This document shows positions 31,974 through 46,651 of a stretch of 64,000 nucleotides of DNA, one piece after another. This DNA is from Betaproteobacteria bacterium (GTDB lineage: Bacteria > Pseudomonadota > Gammaproteobacteria > Burkholderiales > SG8-39), in contig VBBY01000005.1 of the NCBI GenBank assembly GCA_005881595.1, positions 18,673 through 82,672 on the forward strand. The letters are read 5' to 3'. How positions within the stretch are numbered: position 1 is the first letter of the stretch; each line of letters opens with the position of its first letter. The notes below the pieces were generated by a model. That model searched no databases. It was not told where the DNA came from and saw only the letters and a program-made list of their open reading frames with translations. The position numbers were made by a program, and so were the translations under genes.

Positions 31974-34040
31974 ATGAGAAAGGGGAGGAGGGTCGCGGCC
32001 ATGGTGCTCGCCATGGTGCCGGCCTGCGCCGTGGCGCAGGACGACGTCGTGGTGATCACCGCGACGCGCCAGCCACAGCCGAGCCTGGAGATTCCGGCAT
32101 CGGTCGACCGGATCTACGCCGACGAGATCCGCGAAGGCCGGCCGCAGGTGAACCTCTCGGAGAGCCTCGGCCGCGTGCCGGGCATCGTGGTGCAGAACCG
32201 GCAGAACTACGCCCAGGACCTGCAGATCTCCTCGCGCGGCTTCGGCGCCCGCTCGACCTTCGGCGTGCGCGGCATCCGCCTCATCGCCGACGGCATTCCG
32301 GCAAGCATGCCCGACGGGCAGGCGCAGGCGGCCAACTTCGACTTGGGCTCGGCACAACGCATCGAGGTGCTGCGCGGCCCGTTCTCCAGCCTTTACGGCA
32401 ACGCTGCCGGAGGCGTGATCAGCATCGAGACCGAGGATGGCGCGCCGATCCCGACGGGCGAAGCGAGCCTGACGCTCGGCAGCTACGGCACCTGGCGTGA
32501 AGCGATGAAGTTTGGCGGCCAGTCCGGGGAGCTCGGCGGCACGGCAAGCATGTCTCATTTCCATACCGAGGGGTATCGCCAGCACAGCGAAACGAACCGG
32601 GACCTTGCCAATGGAAAGTTGAAGTACGCAGTCAGCCAGGACACGTCGCTGACGCTGATTGGGAATACCCTGCGCCAACCACAGACCCAGGACCCCTTGG
32701 GGTTGAAGCGAGCAGAGTTCAGCCAAGACCCGCGCCAGGCGACGCCGGACGCGATCACCTTCAATACGCGCAAAACCGTAGTGCAGGAGCAACTCGGTTT
32801 GGCTCTGGACCATCGACTCGATGCTTCTAACAGCTTGCAGGCGACGGTGTATGGCGGGCAGCGCTGGGTCGAGCAATTCCTCGCCATTCCGATCAACACC
32901 CAGATGGCGGCCACGCATTCGGGAGGCGTGGTGAATCTCGATCGCGGCTACGGCGGCGCGGCGCTGCGTTACTTCAGGACTATCTCCAGCTTCCGCCTTT
33001 CAGCCGGCGTGGAGTATGAAACGCTGAAGGAGCGGCGCAGGGGATTCCTCAACAACTTCGGCGAGTCCGGCGCGCTGAAGCGCGACGAAGACAATACCGT
33101 GTCGAGCACCGGCCTCTTTGCGCAAGGCGAATGGAAGTTTGCCGAGCGCTGGTCGGCGCACGCCGGCCTGCGCACGAGCAACGTGCGCTTTGAGTCCGAG
33201 GACCATTTCATCGCTACGGGGAACGGTGACGACAGCGGCTCGAAGTCTTATCGGGGCACGACGCCCGTGGCCGGTTTGCTATATAGACTGAACCAAGCAA
33301 CGAGTCTTTACGGCAATGTCGGCCGAGGCTTCGAGACGCCGACGCTGGTGGAGGTGGCGAACCGCCGCGGCGGAACCGGCTTCAATTTCGACATCCAGGC
33401 GAGCAGCAGCCGCCATGCCGAGCTCGGCGTGAAATCCATCGTTCCGGGCTGGATGCGGCTGAACGCGGCGTTGTTCGACATCGTTACCAGTAACGAAATC
33501 GTGGTCGATCAGAACTCCGGCGGGCGCGCTTCGTTCAAGAACGTCGGACATACCGACCGCAAAGGCATCGAGCTTGGCGCGGAGACGGTGTTCCCGGGGC
33601 CATTCGAGGCACGCATCGCCTACACGTACTTGAAGGCGACGTTCCGCGAAGCTTTTACCACCGTGGTGACCCTGCCGCCAATGACGGTGAACGTGCCCGC
33701 GGGTAGCCTTCTACCTGGGGTGCCGAAGAACGTGCTCTACGGCGAGCTGCGCTACCGCCACGAGCCTTTCTATGCGCAGCTCGAGGCGCTCCACAAATCT
33801 CGCGTCCCGGTCAACGACCCCAACTCCGAGTTCGCGGACGCCTATACGACCCTCAACCTGATGGCCGGGGTGGTCCAGCAGGGCCGCAACTGGCGCATTA
33901 CGGAGTTCGCGCGCATCGACAATCTGACCGACCGCAACTATGTGGGCTCGGTGATCGTCAACGAGACGAACAGCCGCTTCTACGAGCCTTCGCCGCGCCG
34001 CAACATGACCATTGGCATCCAGGCAAGCCTTCAGTTCTAA
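31974..34040 (+). CDS. TonB-dependent receptor, YncD/PqqU-like
   Basis: Plug VNLSESL..VPG..VQNRQNYAQDLQ.S.RGFG.RS.FGVRG.R...DGIPA.MPDGQ matches the YncD/PqqU family as I recall it; C-terminal Phe. Confidence 0.88.
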   Translation: MRKGRRVAAMVLAMVPACAVAQDDVVVITATRQPQPSLEIPASVDRIYADEIREGRPQVNLSESLGRVPGIVVQNRQNYAQDLQISSRGFGARSTFGVRGIRLIADGIPASMPDGQAQAANFDLGSAQRIEVLRGPFSSLYGNAAGGVISIETEDGAPIPTGEASLTLGSYGTWREAMKFGGQSGELGGTASMSHFHTEGYRQHSETNRDLANGKLKYAVSQDTSLTLIGNTLRQPQTQDPLGLKRAEFSQDPRQATPDAITFNTRKTVVQEQLGLALDHRLDASNSLQATVYGGQRWVEQFLAIPINTQMAATHSGGVVNLDRGYGGAALRYFRTISSFRLSAGVEYETLKERRRGFLNNFGESGALKRDEDNTVSSTGLFAQGEWKFAERWSAHAGLRTSNVRFESEDHFIATGNGDDSGSKSYRGTTPVAGLLYRLNQATSLYGNVGRGFETPTLVEVANRRGGTGFNFDIQASSSRHAELGVKSIVPGWMRLNAALFDIVTSNEIVVDQNSGGRASFKNVGHTDRKGIELGAETVFPGPFEARIAYTYLKATFREAFTTVVTLPPMTVNVPAGSLLPGVPKNVLYGELRYRHEPFYAQLEALHKSRVPVNDPNSEFADAYTTLNLMAGVVQQGRNWRITEFARIDNLTDRNYVGSVIVNETNSRFYEPSPRRNMTIGIQASLQF

Positions 34041-34069
34041 TAGCGCCTCCTACCGAGGAGACGAGAGAC

Positions 34070-35287
34070 ATGAGAGACCTTGCCGTTGCTGCCGCGGCCA
34101 TGGCCGTATTCACCGTTGCCCAAGCCCAGGACAAGCCCGCCGCAGCGCCGCCGCCTTCCTGGCACCAGGGCAAGCCACCCGCGCTCGGCGAGTCGACACT
34201 GCACCCGTTCGCGCCGAACCTGGCCGGGCGCTCGGCGAAGGACCTGCCGACCGACAAGCTGAAGGTTCCGCCCGGCTTCAAGGTCGAAGTCTGGGCCGAA
34301 GGCATTCCCGAGGCGCGCTCGCTCGCGCGCGGCGAAAAGGGCACGGTGTTCGTGAGCAACCGCCTGTCGAAGAACGTGTACGCCGTCGTGGACCGCGGCG
34401 GCACGCGCGAGGTGAAGACCATTCTCAAGGGCCTCAACTCGCCGAACGGCATCGCCTTCAGCCGCGGAACCCTGTTTGTCGCGGAGCGCGACAAGATCAC
34501 GCGCTACGACGGCATCGAAGGCAGGCTCGACAATCCGGGCCAAGGCAAGGTGGTGGTCGAGGGTCTCGATCCGACCCAGCAGCCGGGGCACTACTGGAAG
34601 TACCTCGCGATGGGGCCGGACGGGAAGCTCTACTTCAACATCGGCGCCCCCGGCAACATCGTCATGCCGAACTACACGCAGGCCTCGATCATGCGCGTGG
34701 ATCCCGGCAAGGGTGTGCTCGAGAACGTCGCGCTGGGCGTGCGCAACTCGGTCGGCTTCGACTGGAATCCCAGGACCAAGGAGCTGTGGTTCACCAACCA
34801 CGGGCGCGACTGGCTGGGCGACGACTCGCCGAACGACACGCTTCACCGGGTGACGAGCAAGGGAGTCCATTTCGGCTATCCGTTCTGCCACCAGGGCGAC
34901 ACGCTCGACCCCGACTACGGGAAGAACCGGTCGTGCTCGGAATTCGCGCCGCCTGCGCTCAAGCTCGGCGCGCACATCGCGCCCCTCGGCATGAAGTTCT
35001 ACACCGGCAAGATGTTCCCGGCGGAATACCGGAACAACATCTTCATCGCCATGCACGGCTCGTGGAACCGCAGCACCAAGCAGGGTTATAACGTGACGCG
35101 CGTGGTGGTCAACGACAAGGGCAAGGTCATCAGGTCGGTGCCATTCCTGACCGGCTTTCTGCAGGACGAGAGAGGCGATCCGCCGATGTGGGGCCGCCCG
35201 GTCGACGTCCTGGTGATGCGCGACGGCGCGTTGCTCGTTTCCGACGACTACAACGGCGTTATCTATCGGGTCAGCTACGGGAAGTGA
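34070..35287 (+). CDS. PQQ-dependent sugar/sorbosone dehydrogenase family (GSDH fold)
   Basis: LKVPPGF, ARSL, HYWK, GPDGKLY..IGAP, GVRNSVGFDW, HFGYPFCH, AHIAPLG, HGSWNR, GRPVDV, SDD. Confidence 0.88.
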   Translation: MRDLAVAAAAMAVFTVAQAQDKPAAAPPPSWHQGKPPALGESTLHPFAPNLAGRSAKDLPTDKLKVPPGFKVEVWAEGIPEARSLARGEKGTVFVSNRLSKNVYAVVDRGGTREVKTILKGLNSPNGIAFSRGTLFVAERDKITRYDGIEGRLDNPGQGKVVVEGLDPTQQPGHYWKYLAMGPDGKLYFNIGAPGNIVMPNYTQASIMRVDPGKGVLENVALGVRNSVGFDWNPRTKELWFTNHGRDWLGDDSPNDTLHRVTSKGVHFGYPFCHQGDTLDPDYGKNRSCSEFAPPALKLGAHIAPLGMKFYTGKMFPAEYRNNIFIAMHGSWNRSTKQGYNVTRVVVNDKGKVIRSVPFLTGFLQDERGDPPMWGRPVDVLVMRDGALLVSDDYNGVIYRVSYGK

Positions 35288-35889
35288 CGGCGGCTTCGGC
35301 CACCCGGCGCGGCGCGGCGATCGCATTCGCTGCGCTGGCGCTCGGTGCGGCGAGCGTCGCCGCGGCCGATCGCGACGCCGGCCGGCGCAAGGCCGAGGTC
35401 TGTGCCGCCTGCCACGGCCCGGCGGGCAATTCAGTGAACCCGGCAGTGCCGTCGATCGCCGGCCAGCCGGCGCAGTTCGTCGCCACCGAGCTGTTCCTGT
35501 TCCGTGAAGGCAACCGCAAGGACCCGCAGATGTCGGCGATCGCCGCGGGTCTTTCCAATGGCGACCTGAACGACCTGGCGGAATATTTCGCCGCCGAAAG
35601 GCCTGCGCCGCCCAAGCACCGCACCGCCCCGGAAAACGCCGCCGCGGCACCCGCTCTCGCGCACAAGTTCAACTGCGTGCAGTGCCACGGGCCCGAGCTC
35701 ATGGGGCAGCAGCACATTCCGCGGCTGGCGGGACAGCAGCCGGACTACCTGCTCGCGCAGCTCAAGGGCTTCAAGGCGGGCACGCGCGCCGACATCGACG
35801 GCAACATGACCTCGGCCGCTCAGGCGCTCTCGGACCAGGACATCCAGGTCCTGGTCGACTATCTCGCCGGCTTGAGCTCCGGCAACTAA
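35284..35889 (+). CDS. Diheme cytochrome c4/c553
   Basis: CAACH and CVQCH, P.[IL]AGQ repeats, distal Met; GTG overlaps the upstream TGA. Confidence 0.92.
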   Translation: MTAASATRRGAAIAFAALALGAASVAAADRDAGRRKAEVCAACHGPAGNSVNPAVPSIAGQPAQFVATELFLFREGNRKDPQMSAIAAGLSNGDLNDLAEYFAAERPAPPKHRTAPENAAAAPALAHKFNCVQCHGPELMGQQHIPRLAGQQPDYLLAQLKGFKAGTRADIDGNMTSAAQALSDQDIQVLVDYLAGLSSGN

Positions 35890-35893
35890 AGTC

Positions 35894-38573
<2,680 letters not shown>

Positions 38574-38584
<11 letters not shown>

Positions 38585-38738
38585 TGACGTCTCCATCACG
38601 TTTTTTCAATTCATTCAAAAGGCGCGAGCGCTCTTCCAGCAGCGCCGCGAGCTGCTCGTCGCAGCGCGCGATCGGCGTCGGATAGTTGCGGATTTCCTCC
38701 GACAGCTCGGCAATCCGCCGTTCCAGGTCGGTGCTCAT
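38574..38738 (-). CDS. Small 54-aa protein not in the ORF track
   Basis: Manual translation [54 protein letters not shown]; start overlaps the prpD stop (ATGA), end overlaps the acnA start. Confidence 0.7.
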
Positions 38739-40165
38739 GGGACGAACAGGTCCACGAATTCATTGACCGGCGTTTTCTCCAGCCGGCCGGGATCCGCGCA
38801 GAGCTCAAGAATAGTCTTCTGCTGCTCCGGCGGGAAGCGCCGCGCGAGGTTGGTCTTGAACTTCTCGACCAGGATCGGCATGCCTTCCTTGCGCCGGCGC
38901 CGGTGGCCGATCGGGTACTCGCAGAGCACTTCCTTCAGCTTGCTGCCGTCCTTGAACTCGACCGTGAGCGCGTTGGCGATCGAGCGCTTCTTCGGGTCGT
39001 GGTAGTCGCGGGTAAAGCGCTTGTCCTCCACGCACGTGATTTTCTTTCTCAAGGCATCTATCCCGGGGTCCGCGGCCACTTCGTCCTCGTAGTCCGCGGC
39101 CGTCAGGCGGCCGAAGATCAGCGGCACCGCGACCATGTACTGGATGCAGTGGTCGCGGTCGGCCGGGTTCGCGAGCGGCCCTTTCTTGTCGATGATGCGG
39201 ATGGCCGCCTCATGGGTTCTGATGCGAATACGCTTGATGTCCCGGATTCGGTCTTTCACCAGAGGGTGAAGCTGCATGGCGCATTCCACCGCGGTCTGCG
39301 CGTGGAATTCCGCCGGATACGAGATCTTGAACAGCACGTTCTCCATCACGTAGCTGCCGAAAGGGCGCTGGAACTTGAACGGCTGGCCCTTGAAGAGCAC
39401 GTCGTAGAAGCCCCAGGTCCTGGCGGTGAGCGCAGACGGGTAACCCATCTCCCCGGTCCTGGAGATGAGCGCCAGCCGTACCGCCCGCGAAGCAGCATCG
39501 CCCGCGGCCCAGCTCTTGCGCGAGCCGGTGTTGGGCGCGTGGCGATAGGTGCGCAGACTCTGGCCGTCCACCCACGCCTGCGACACGGCGTTCACCACCT
39601 GCTCGTAGGTGCAGCCGAGCAGGGGCGCGACCACCGCGGCGGAGGCGACCTTCACCAGCACGACATGATCCAGGCCGACGCGGTTGAAGCTGTTCTCCAG
39701 GGCGATCACTCCCTGGATCTCGTGCGCCTTGATCATCGCCGTCAGCACGTCCCTGACGAGCAGGGGCTGCTTCTTGTTTCTCGACAGCCAATCCGCGACC
39801 GCCAGGATCGCGCCGAGGTTATCCGAGGGGTGGCCCCACTCGGCGGCGAGCCAGGTGTCGTTGAAATCGAGCCAGCGGATCATGGCGCCGATATTGAACG
39901 CCGCCTGCACCGGGTCGAGCTGGTAGCGCGTTCCAGGCACCTTCGCCCCGTTGGGCACGATTGGCCCGGGCACGATCGGTCCGAGCAGCTTGGTGCACGC
40001 CGGGTACTCGAGCGCCTCCAGCCCGCAGCCCAGGGTGTCCATCAGGCAATAGCGCGCCGTTTCGTAGGCCGGCCTGCTCTTGATGTCGAACTTGGTCGCG
40101 TAGTCGGCGATGAGCGTCAGCACCTTGTCGGGCTTCGGCCGGACGTTCGGGGGGAAGGCCGGCAT
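38735..40165 (-). CDS. prpD: 2-methylcitrate dehydratase
   Basis: [56 protein letters not shown]. Confidence 0.96.
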   Translation of the reverse strand: MPAFPPNVRPKPDKVLTLIADYATKFDIKSRPAYETARYCLMDTLGCGLEALEYPACTKLLGPIVPGPIVPNGAKVPGTRYQLDPVQAAFNIGAMIRWLDFNDTWLAAEWGHPSDNLGAILAVADWLSRNKKQPLLVRDVLTAMIKAHEIQGVIALENSFNRVGLDHVVLVKVASAAVVAPLLGCTYEQVVNAVSQAWVDGQSLRTYRHAPNTGSRKSWAAGDAASRAVRLALISRTGEMGYPSALTARTWGFYDVLFKGQPFKFQRPFGSYVMENVLFKISYPAEFHAQTAVECAMQLHPLVKDRIRDIKRIRIRTHEAAIRIIDKKGPLANPADRDHCIQYMVAVPLIFGRLTAADYEDEVAADPGIDALRKKITCVEDKRFTRDYHDPKKRSIANALTVEFKDGSKLKEVLCEYPIGHRRRRKEGMPILVEKFKTNLARRFPPEQQKTILELCADPGRLEKTPVNEFVDLFVP

Positions 40166-40371
40166 CAGGGGTCGGCCTCGTCTAGCGGCTCGAAGGTGTA
40201 CTCACTTCCTCCGGCCTTCGGCGCGTGGCGCATCGGCGGAGCCGGCGCGCGCTCGCCCGGCTTCTTGTCCCACCAGATCGCGCGCCCCTGTTTCTGCGAT
40301 TCGACCTCCTCGGGGTGCTCGGCGAGGAACTGCCGAATGAACCTGGTTAGGTCCGATTCGTACATGCTCAT
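40165..40371 (-). CDS. DUF3460 family small protein
   Basis: [12 protein letters not shown].......P......Q..GRA.WWDK; coupled to prpC and prpD. Confidence 0.8.
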   Translation of the reverse strand: MSMYESDLTRFIRQFLAEHPEEVESQKQGRAIWWDKKPGERAPAPPMRHAPKAGGSEYTFEPLDEADP

Positions 40372-41522
40372 CGCTTCTCGAGCGGAACCCACGGCAGGTT
40401 TTCCGGGCCGGTGTAATTGGCGCCCGGGCGGATGATCTTGCCGTCGACGCGCTGCTCGATGACGTGCGCCGACCAGCCGCTCGCGCGCGAGATGACGAAG
40501 ATCGGCGTGAACATCGCGGTGGGCACGCCGAGCATGTGATAGGAGACCGCGCTGAACCAGTCGAGGTTGGCGAACATCTTCTTCTCGCGCCACATCACCT
40601 GCTCGAGCCGCTCGGCGATGTCGAACAGCCTGGTGTTCCCGGCGCTCTTCGAGAGCCACCGCGCTACCGCCTTGATCACCCCGTTGCGCGGATCGCCGGT
40701 GGTGTACACCGGATGGCCGAAGCCGATGACGATCTCCTTCGCCCGCACGCGGCGCACGATATCGGCTTCCGCCTCGTTGGGATCGGAATATCTGGACAGG
40801 ACCTGGTAGGAGAACTCGTTCGCGCCGCCGTGCTTCGGGCCGCGCAGGGCGCCGATGCCGCCGCAGATCGCGCTGTACAGGTCCGAGCCGGTGCCGGCGA
40901 TCACGCGGCAGGTGAAGGTGCTGGCGTTGAATTCATGCTCGGCGTAGAGGATGAGCGAAGTGTGCATCGCGCGCACCCATTCCGCGCCGGGTTTTTTCCC
41001 GTGCAGGAGATGCAGAAAATGGCCGCCGATGGAATCGTCGTCAGTCTCGGTCTGGATGCGCTTGCCGTGATGCGTGAAGTGATGCCAGTAGAGCAGCATC
41101 GAGCCCAGCGAAGCCATCAGCCGGTCGGCGATATCGCGCGCGCCGGCGCTGCTGTGATCCGGCTTCTCCGGCTCCAGCGTGCCGAGCACCGATACGCCGG
41201 TGCGCATCACGTCCATGGGGTGCGCGCTGCCGGGGATGTTTTCCAGCGCTGCCCGCAGCTCGCGCGGCAGCGCGCGGAGCGCTTGAAGCTTCTTCTTGTA
41301 AGCCGTGAGCTCGCCACGAGTGGGAAGTTTCTCGTGCACCAGCAGGTAGGCAATCTCCTCGAATTCGGCCTTGTCGGCGAAGTCGAGGATGTCGTAGCCG
41401 CGGTAGTGCAGGTCGTTGCCGGTGCGCCCCACGGTGCACAGCGCGGTATTCCCGGCGACGACCCCGGACAGGGCGACCGACTTCTTGGGCTTAGCCGGCT
41501 TTGCCTCTGGAGAAGAGCTCAT
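40368..41522 (-). CDS. prpC: 2-methylcitrate synthase
   Basis: [50 protein letters not shown]. Confidence 0.95.
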   Translation of the reverse strand: MSSSPEAKPAKPKKSVALSGVVAGNTALCTVGRTGNDLHYRGYDILDFADKAEFEEIAYLLVHEKLPTRGELTAYKKKLQALRALPRELRAALENIPGSAHPMDVMRTGVSVLGTLEPEKPDHSSAGARDIADRLMASLGSMLLYWHHFTHHGKRIQTETDDDSIGGHFLHLLHGKKPGAEWVRAMHTSLILYAEHEFNASTFTCRVIAGTGSDLYSAICGGIGALRGPKHGGANEFSYQVLSRYSDPNEAEADIVRRVRAKEIVIGFGHPVYTTGDPRNGVIKAVARWLSKSAGNTRLFDIAERLEQVMWREKKMFANLDWFSAVSYHMLGVPTAMFTPIFVISRASGWSAHVIEQRVDGKIIRPGANYTGPENLPWVPLEKR

Positions 41523-42372
41523 CCAGCTTCTTTTCGTAAGAGTGATAGTTGAGGAACTCGTACAGCTCTTCCCGGGTTTGCATTTCCGGCAGCAGGGCCT
41601 TTTGCGAGCCTTCCCGTCGCACGGTCTCAAAAGCCCTAAGCGCGGCCTTGTTCATGGCGCGGAACGCGGTCAATGGATAGAGCGCGATGGCCACGTCCGC
41701 CGAGCGCAGCTCGGCCACGCTGTAGAGCGGCGTGCGTCCGAACTCGGTGATGTTGGCGAGGATCGGCACCTTCACCGCGGCGGCGAACTTGCGGTACATC
41801 GCGAGCTCGGTGAGCGCCTCCGGGAAGATCATGTCGGCGCCGGCTTCCACGTATTTCACCGCACGGGAAATTGCGGCGTCCAGGCCCTCGTTCGCGAGAG
41901 CATCGGTGCGCGCCATGATGACGAAGGCAGGATCGGTCCGCGCATCGACCGCCGCCTTGACGCGGTCGGCCATTTCCTCGCCGCTGACGAGCTCCTTGCC
42001 GGGACGGTGGCCGCAGCGCTTGGCGCCGGCCTGGTCCTCGATATGCATCGCCGCGGCGCCGGCCTTGATGAGCGAGCGCGTGGTGCGCGCCACGTTGAAG
42101 GCGCTGACGCCGAACCCGGTGTCGACGTCGGCGAGCAGCGGCAGGTCGCACACGTCGGTGATGCGCCGGATGTCGGTCAGCACGTCGTCGAGATTGGAGA
42201 TGCCGAGGTCGGGCATGCCGAGCGAGCTGGCAGCGACGCCGGCGCCGGAAAGATAGATCGCGCGGTAGCCGACGCTCTTCGCCATCACGGCGTGATAGGC
42301 GCAGACGGTGCCGATCACCTGCAGGGGTGTTTCCTCGGTCAGCGCCTGCCTGAACTTCGCTCCGGCGCTCAT
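41491..42372 (-). CDS. prpB: Methylisocitrate lyase
   Basis: YLSG, G.PDLG, D.DTGFG, HIEDQ...KRCGH, ARTDA, NITEFG.TP. Confidence 0.96.
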   Translation of the reverse strand: MSAGAKFRQALTEETPLQVIGTVCAYHAVMAKSVGYRAIYLSGAGVAASSLGMPDLGISNLDDVLTDIRRITDVCDLPLLADVDTGFGVSAFNVARTTRSLIKAGAAAMHIEDQAGAKRCGHRPGKELVSGEEMADRVKAAVDARTDPAFVIMARTDALANEGLDAAISRAVKYVEAGADMIFPEALTELAMYRKFAAAVKVPILANITEFGRTPLYSVAELRSADVAIALYPLTAFRAMNKAALRAFETVRREGSQKALLPEMQTREELYEFLNYHSYEKKLDELFSRGKAG

Positions 42373-43358
42373 AGCAGATGCTTGACGCTGTCGCGCTCTT
42401 CGTGGAGCTCCTTCAGGGTCGCGGCCATCCTTTTGCGGCTGAATTCCGAGATCTCGATGCCCTTGACGATCGAATACCTGCCGCCCTGCGTGGTCACCGG
42501 GTAGCCGTAGATCACGCCTTCCGGGACGCCGTAGCTGCCCTCGGCAGCGATGCCCATCGTCACCCAGTCGCCCTCGCGCGTGCCGCCGATCCAGTCGCGC
42601 ACGTGGCCGATCGCTGCGTTGGCCGCGCTCGCCGCCGAGGACAGCCCGCGCGCGTCGATGATCGCGGCGCCGCGCTTCTGGATGGTGGGAATGAAGGTCT
42701 GCTCGAGCCAGGTCTGGTCGCTGATCATCGGCCAGACCTTCTTGCCGTCGGCTTGGGCCTGGAAGATGTCCGGATACTGCGTCGCCGAGTGGTTTCCCCA
42801 GACGGTGACTTTTCGAATCGAGCTGACCGGCTGCGCCACCTTGTGCGCTATCTGCGAAACGGCCCGGTTATGGTCGAGGCGCATCATGCCGGTGAACTGC
42901 GCCGGCTTCAGGCCTGGCGCGTTTTTCATCGCGATGAGGCAGTTGGTGTTCGCCGGGTTGCCGACGACCAGCACTTTCACGTCTCGCCTGGCGACCTTGT
43001 CGAGCGCTCGGCCTTGCGGCGCGAAAATCCTGCCGTTCGCCTCAAGCAGGTCCTTGCGCTCCATGCCGGGACCGCGCGGGCGGGCGCCGACCAGCAGCGC
43101 GATGTCGACATCGCGGAACGCGACCTCCGGCTCGGAGGCGGCGGCCATGCCCTGGAGCAGCGGAAAGGCGCAGTCGTCGAGCTCCATCATCACGCCCTTC
43201 AGCGCCTTCTGCGCCTTCTCGTCGGGGATCTCGAGCATCTGCAGGATCATCGGCTGGTCCGTCCCCAGCATCTCGCCCGCGGCGATGCGGAACAGCAGCG
43301 AGTAGCCGATCTGGCCGGCGGCGCCGGTCACGGCGACGCGTACGGGGGCTTTTGGCAT
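42369..43358 (-). CDS. mdh: Malate dehydrogenase
   Basis: [50 protein letters not shown]. Confidence 0.97.
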   Translation of the reverse strand: MPKAPVRVAVTGAAGQIGYSLLFRIAAGEMLGTDQPMILQMLEIPDEKAQKALKGVMMELDDCAFPLLQGMAAASEPEVAFRDVDIALLVGARPRGPGMERKDLLEANGRIFAPQGRALDKVARRDVKVLVVGNPANTNCLIAMKNAPGLKPAQFTGMMRLDHNRAVSQIAHKVAQPVSSIRKVTVWGNHSATQYPDIFQAQADGKKVWPMISDQTWLEQTFIPTIQKRGAAIIDARGLSSAASAANAAIGHVRDWIGGTREGDWVTMGIAAEGSYGVPEGVIYGYPVTTQGGRYSIVKGIEISEFSRKRMAATLKELHEERDSVKHLL

Positions 43359-43444
43359 GTATGCTCCGGGATGGGGGGCGCGCAGCGATGGTACCGCAGC
43401 TAGACTGAGTTATTGCACTGCAGCGTTATAATTGCAAGACTCCA

Positions 43445-43852
43445 ATGGCGAATGCGGCGCTGAAGAGACGACGTCCGAAGTACCTGAGCCTTGCCGCACT
43501 TGTCTTCCAGATCCGCCTGCCCCTGCCGGGGAAGGTCTCAATCCTGCACCGCATCTCCGGCGCGCTGCTCGTCTTTCCGCTGGCGGCATGGCTGCTCTAT
43601 CTGCTCGACCAGAGCCTCGCCTCCGAGGAAGGCTTCAACCACGTCAAGGACCACTATCTGCAGGCGCCTCTCGCGAAGGCGGGGCTGCTGGTCTTCATCT
43701 GGGCGTATTGCCATCACTTCTGCGCCGGCATTCGCTTTCTTCTCCTGGATATCAACCAGGGCATCGAGCTGCAGGCGGCGCGCCGCAGCGCCGCGCTGGT
43801 GCTCGCGGTGAGCCTCGCGCTCACGGCGTACTTCGGATACCGCGTATGGTGA
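43445..43852 (+). CDS. sdhC: Succinate dehydrogenase cytochrome b556 subunit
   Basis: [17 protein letters not shown]; TATAAT at 43427-43432 upstream. Confidence 0.94.
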   Translation: MANAALKRRRPKYLSLAALVFQIRLPLPGKVSILHRISGALLVFPLAAWLLYLLDQSLASEEGFNHVKDHYLQAPLAKAGLLVFIWAYCHHFCAGIRFLLLDINQGIELQAARRSAALVLAVSLALTAYFGYRVW

Positions 43853-44190
43853 ACCGCGTCATCGTCGGCGCGCACTACGGCATGGGCAGCTGGCTCGCGC
43901 AGCGCATCACCGCCGTGATCATGGCGGTCTACAGCCTGATCCTCGGCTTCGTGCTGATCGAAGAGGGGCCGTTCGATTACGCCGAGTGGCAGGAGCTGTT
44001 CGCGAACGGCTGGATGCGCGTCGCGACGCTGCTCTTCGCCGCGGGCCTAGCCTGGCACGCCTGGGTCGGCATGCGCGACATCTGGATGGATTACGTCAAG
44101 CAGGACGGGCTGCGCCTCGCCTTGCAGGTGCTGACAGTGCTCCTGCTCGCCTGCTACCTAGGCTGGGCCGTGCAGGTTCTCTGGCGGTGA
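43846..44190 (+). CDS. sdhD: Succinate dehydrogenase membrane anchor
   Basis: [30 protein letters not shown]. Confidence 0.94.
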   Translation: MVNRVIVGAHYGMGSWLAQRITAVIMAVYSLILGFVLIEEGPFDYAEWQELFANGWMRVATLLFAAGLAWHAWVGMRDIWMDYVKQDGLRLALQVLTVLLLACYLGWAVQVLWR

Positions 44191-45956
44191 TCCCGGTCCG
44201 CAAATTCGACGCGATCGTGGTCGGAGCTGGAGGCTCGGGCATGCGCGCCGCGCTGGAGCTCGCGCGCCGGGAGCTCAAGGTCGCGGTGCTCTCGAAGGTC
44301 TTCCCGACGCGCTCGCACACCGTGGCAGCACAGGGCGGAATCGCCGCGCCGCTCGCCAATTCGACCGAGGACCACTGGCACTGGCACATGTACGACACCG
44401 TCAAGGGCTCCGACTACCTCGGCGACCAGGACGCGATCGAATACATGTGCCGCCGCGCCATCGAAGTGGTGGTCGAGCTCGAGCACATGGGCATGCCCTT
44501 CGACCGCCTCGAGAACGGCAAGATCTATCAGCGCCCCTTCGGCGGCCATACGCAGAACTACGGCAGCCCGAAGATGGCGATGCGCGCCTGCGCGGCGGCC
44601 GATCGCACCGGGCACGCGATGCTGCACACGCTGTACCAGCAGAACGTGCGCGCCAACACGCAGTTCTTCGTCGAATGGATGGCGCTCGACCTGGTGCGCG
44701 ACCCGCAGGACGGCGCCGTCATCGGCGTCACGGCCCTCGAGATGGAGAGCGGCGAGCTCTATCTGCTGCAGGCGAAAGCGGTGCTCCTGGCGACCGGCGG
44801 CGCCGGCCGTATCTACCTGTTCACGACCAACGCCTTCATCAACACCGGCGACGGCCTGGGAATGACCGCCCGCGCCGGCCTGCCGCTGCAGGACATGGAG
44901 TTCTGGCAATTCCACCCCAGCGGCGTGGCCGGCGCCGGGGTGCTCATCACCGAGGGCGTGCGCGGCGAGGGCGGCTATCTGGTCAACAAGAACGGCGAGC
45001 GCTTCATGGAGCGCTATGCGCCGAGCGCCAAGGACCTGGCGAGCCGCGACGTCGTGTCGCGCGCTATGATCACCGAGATAAAGGAGGGCCGGGGCTGCGG
45101 TCCAGAGGGCGACTACCTGCTGCTCAAGCTCGATCATCTCGGCTCGGAAGTGATCCAGCATCGGCTGCCGGGGATCCGCGAGATCGCGATCAAGTTCGCC
45201 AACGCCGATCCGATCCGCGATCCGATCCCGGTGGCGCCGACGGTGCACTATCAGATGGGCGGCATCCCGACGAATTACATGGGACAGGTGGTGGCGCCCG
45301 AGGGCTCGAGCAAGGAGGCCATCGTCCCGGGCCTGTTCGCCGCCGGCGAATGCTCCTGCGTATCGGTGCACGGCGCCAACCGCCTCGGCACCAACTCGCT
45401 GCTCGACCTGCTGGTGTTCGGCAAGTCCTCGGGCGAGCAGATGCTCAAGGACATCCACGCGCAGCCGAAGCCGCACCGCAACCTGCCGAAGGACGCGGGC
45501 GAGGCCACCCGCGCGCGCCTCGCGCGGCTAGACGCGGCGAATTCCGGCGAGCGCGTGGCCGACGTTCTGAACGACCTGCGCCGCGCGATGCAGGCGCATT
45601 GCGGGGTGTTCCGCTTTCCGGACCACCTGGCCGACGGAGTGCGCAAGATGAACGAGATCGCCGGCCGCGCGCAGAGAATTTTCATCCACGACAAATCGAA
45701 GGTGTTCAATACCGCCCGCGTGGAGGCGCTCGAGCTCGAGAACCTGGTCGAGACCGCCGTGGCGACGGCGGTGTCGGCGGAAGCGCGCAAGGAGAGCCGC
45801 GGCGCGCACAGCAGGAGCGATTTCCCCGAGCGCGACGACAAGAACTGGATGAAGCACACGCTCTGGATCAAGGAAGGCAACCGGCTGGACTACAAGCCGG
45901 TGCACCTCAGGCCGCTGTCGGTCGAAACGATGGAACCCAAGGTACGCACCTACTGA
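44187..45956 (+). CDS. sdhA: Succinate dehydrogenase flavoprotein
   Basis: [16 protein letters not shown] (covalent FAD His), QFHP, HYQMGG, HGANRLG.NSL; GTG start overlapping the sdhD stop. Confidence 0.97.
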   Translation: MIPVRKFDAIVVGAGGSGMRAALELARRELKVAVLSKVFPTRSHTVAAQGGIAAPLANSTEDHWHWHMYDTVKGSDYLGDQDAIEYMCRRAIEVVVELEHMGMPFDRLENGKIYQRPFGGHTQNYGSPKMAMRACAAADRTGHAMLHTLYQQNVRANTQFFVEWMALDLVRDPQDGAVIGVTALEMESGELYLLQAKAVLLATGGAGRIYLFTTNAFINTGDGLGMTARAGLPLQDMEFWQFHPSGVAGAGVLITEGVRGEGGYLVNKNGERFMERYAPSAKDLASRDVVSRAMITEIKEGRGCGPEGDYLLLKLDHLGSEVIQHRLPGIREIAIKFANADPIRDPIPVAPTVHYQMGGIPTNYMGQVVAPEGSSKEAIVPGLFAAGECSCVSVHGANRLGTNSLLDLLVFGKSSGEQMLKDIHAQPKPHRNLPKDAGEATRARLARLDAANSGERVADVLNDLRRAMQAHCGVFRFPDHLADGVRKMNEIAGRAQRIFIHDKSKVFNTARVEALELENLVETAVATAVSAEARKESRGAHSRSDFPERDDKNWMKHTLWIKEGNRLDYKPVHLRPLSVETMEPKVRTY

Positions 45957-46651
45957 TGAAACTCTCCGTTTATCGCTTCGACCCGGACAAGGACGAGCGT
46001 CCTTACATGAAAGACTATGAGGTCACGCCGGAGGCCTCCGACCGGATGCTGCTCGACGTGCTCGTCAGGGCCAAGGTGCAGGACGATTCGCTGTCGTTCC
46101 GGCGCTCCTGCCGCGAAGGCGTGTGCGGCTCTGATGCGATGAACATCAACGGCAAGAACGGCCTGGCCTGCATCACCAGGGTGGCCGACCTGCCGCAGCA
46201 CGTCACGCTGCGCCCGCTGCCGGGGCTGCCGGTGATCCGCGACCTGATCGTCGACATGACGCAGTTCTTCAAGCAGTACCACTCGATCAGGCCCTACGTG
46301 ATCAACAACGATCCGCCGCCCGAGCGCGAGCGGCTGCAGTCGCCGCAGGAGCGCGAGGAGCTGGACGGCCTCTACGAGTGCATCCTGTGCGCCTGCTGCT
46401 CGACCTCGTGCCCGTCGTTCTGGTGGAACCCCGACAAGTTCGTCGGTCCCGCCGGGCTGCTGCAAGCCTATCGGTTCATCGCCGACAGCCGCGACCAGGT
46501 GAGCTCCGAGCGCCTCGACAACCTCGAGGATCCGTACCGCCTGTTCCGCTGCCACACCATCATGAACTGCGTCGACGCGTGCCCGAAGAACCTCAACCCG
46601 ACGCGCGCCATCAACAAGATCAAGGAGCTGCTCGTCAAGCGCGCGGTATGA
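45956..46651 (+). CDS. sdhB: Succinate dehydrogenase iron-sulfur subunit
   Basis: SCREGVCGSD, CILCACCSTSCP, CHTIMNC...CP. Confidence 0.97.
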   Translation: MKLSVYRFDPDKDERPYMKDYEVTPEASDRMLLDVLVRAKVQDDSLSFRRSCREGVCGSDAMNINGKNGLACITRVADLPQHVTLRPLPGLPVIRDLIVDMTQFFKQYHSIRPYVINNDPPPERERLQSPQEREELDGLYECILCACCSTSCPSFWWNPDKFVGPAGLLQAYRFIADSRDQVSSERLDNLEDPYRLFRCHTIMNCVDACPKNLNPTRAINKIKELLVKRAV

